A stretch of 63,336 nucleotides of DNA, the filler included, from Octopus bimaculoides (lineage: Eukaryota), in assembly GCF_001194135.2 (NCBI RefSeq). It is 9 parts of 7 records of this genome, joined end to end, with 100 filler letters (N's around TTAATTAATTAA, not from the genome) between each part and the next. Parts side by side here need not be neighbours in the genome. Positions count along the whole stretch, not along the records: positions 62,275 to 63,336 come from NW_026362612.1; 8 more parts are not named here. One strand, 5' to 3'. Under the pieces are notes generated by a model. The model saw only the letters and a program-made list of their open reading frames with translations, was not told where the DNA came from and made no database searches. This document shows positions 62,175 through 63,336 of this stretch, one piece after another. Both the position numbers and the translations under genes were made by a program. Every line of letters begins with the position of its first letter. Position 1 is the stretch's first letter.

Positions 62175-62729
62175 NNNNNNNNNNNNNNNNNNNNNNNNNN
62201 NNNNNNNNNNNNNNNNNNTTAATTAATTAANNNNNNNNNNNNNNNNNNNNNNNNNNNNNNNNNNNNNNNNNNNNTGACGGCACAGCTGGACTGTTGTAAT
62301 AACCTTGCCGTTGAAATTGTTTCCAAAAAAACACCAAATGCTACAAAATTCATATAAAAGATTGAGCAAGCCTGAGACAATTAAAGATGGCTGTTTGACA
62401 ATCGTCTGCTTTGTTTGAATTTTTTTTTTCTTTTCATAAAAAGGATACATACTTAATCTTTTCTTTTATTTATATACATACATAAATATATGTATATATG
62501 TACATACACACATGTATAAATATATATTATATAGAGATATATTCATTTACATTGATCGCGAAAAAAAAAGTAGGTGGCGTTTTTTAATACCCTTTCCATC
62601 GCATATGTTCAATAATATACGCGTGTGTTTCCAGTGTTTTTGTTTGTTTGTTTTTGTTTTGTTTTGTATTTTACTCGTTCTGATTGTCTTGTAAAGAACT
62701 ACCAGTTTATGCATGTAATCAGCTGTTAT

Positions 62730-62766
<37 letters not shown>

Positions 62767-63336
62767 ATATATACATTTATACTTATAAATATGGATTATG
62801 CAAGCCATCGTATGTTGTGTGCATACAAACATACCTAACTGACACGAACATATGCATACATACACGACTACACACACACACACACACAGAAGGTGGTGCC
62901 TCTGTTCCGGCTGTTTGCGCTCTGGGTTCAAATTCAACCTAGAAATCTAATTATTGGTGAGAACCAACGCTATCAGCCTGACCATCAAACCAATCAAAGC
63001 CCATGAAAGCAGCTACCGCGCTTTTAAAATGAGGCTGTGCCTTGTGGTTGCTTCTTAGCAACAGTCAAATTGTAATATAACTTCAGGATCTATTTTAAAA
63101 CGGGGGCCACATTTTTCATTAATGTTTTACGTAGTGTTTTTGGTACCGAAAGACTTTCAAACTTCGTATACTTATCTATTTTGTGTTATAGAACAGAAAA
63201 ATATTTTTGTATTCGAATTTATTTCATGTAAAAAATTGTCTTATTTCGATAATTTCAACCAATCACTGACAAGTATTCAGTTGTTTATATTTACTCCTTT
63301 GGCTGATTAAGCGATGTAAAGCGTATTTAATCTCCA

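Noticed and set aside
4524-62230. Eight copies of TTAATTAATTAA, each between N runs, resembling a regularly placed palindromic site
   Set aside because: Always isolated within gaps and encodes stops in all frames: an artificial assembly spacer.

Overview
AT-rich eukaryotic genomic scaffold with many N gaps and very dense microsatellites. The repeat content suggests a cephalopod, probably Octopus (inference from pattern recognition, not a database search). No intact host protein-coding gene, tRNA, rRNA or CRISPR array is supportable; the window reads as intergenic or deep-intronic DNA built from transposable-element debris. That debris comprises three abundant tRNA-headed SINE families (called A, B and C here), RTE LINEs, CR1/L2-group LINEs, Dong/R4-type LINE ends, a Tx1/L1 fragment, Penelope-like (PLE) fragments, mariner/Tc1 remnants, a probable Chapaev3-type remnant, a hAT-type non-autonomous element and a MITE-like hairpin. 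Most interesting signals: (1) a ~230-bp ORF-less foldback carrying a hammerhead ribozyme core, flanked by a 15-bp direct repeat (47951-48213); (2) a ~1.3-kb region with two oppositely oriented arrays of an AAAAATTATCAATTCTG motif (25390-26705); (3) a LINE whose 3' end matches the tail of SINE family B; (4) a SINE with an apparent 42-bp target-site duplication; (5) a tandem hairpin array with a compensatory change in an RTE 3' UTR. TTAATTAATTAA strings inside gaps are assembly spacers.
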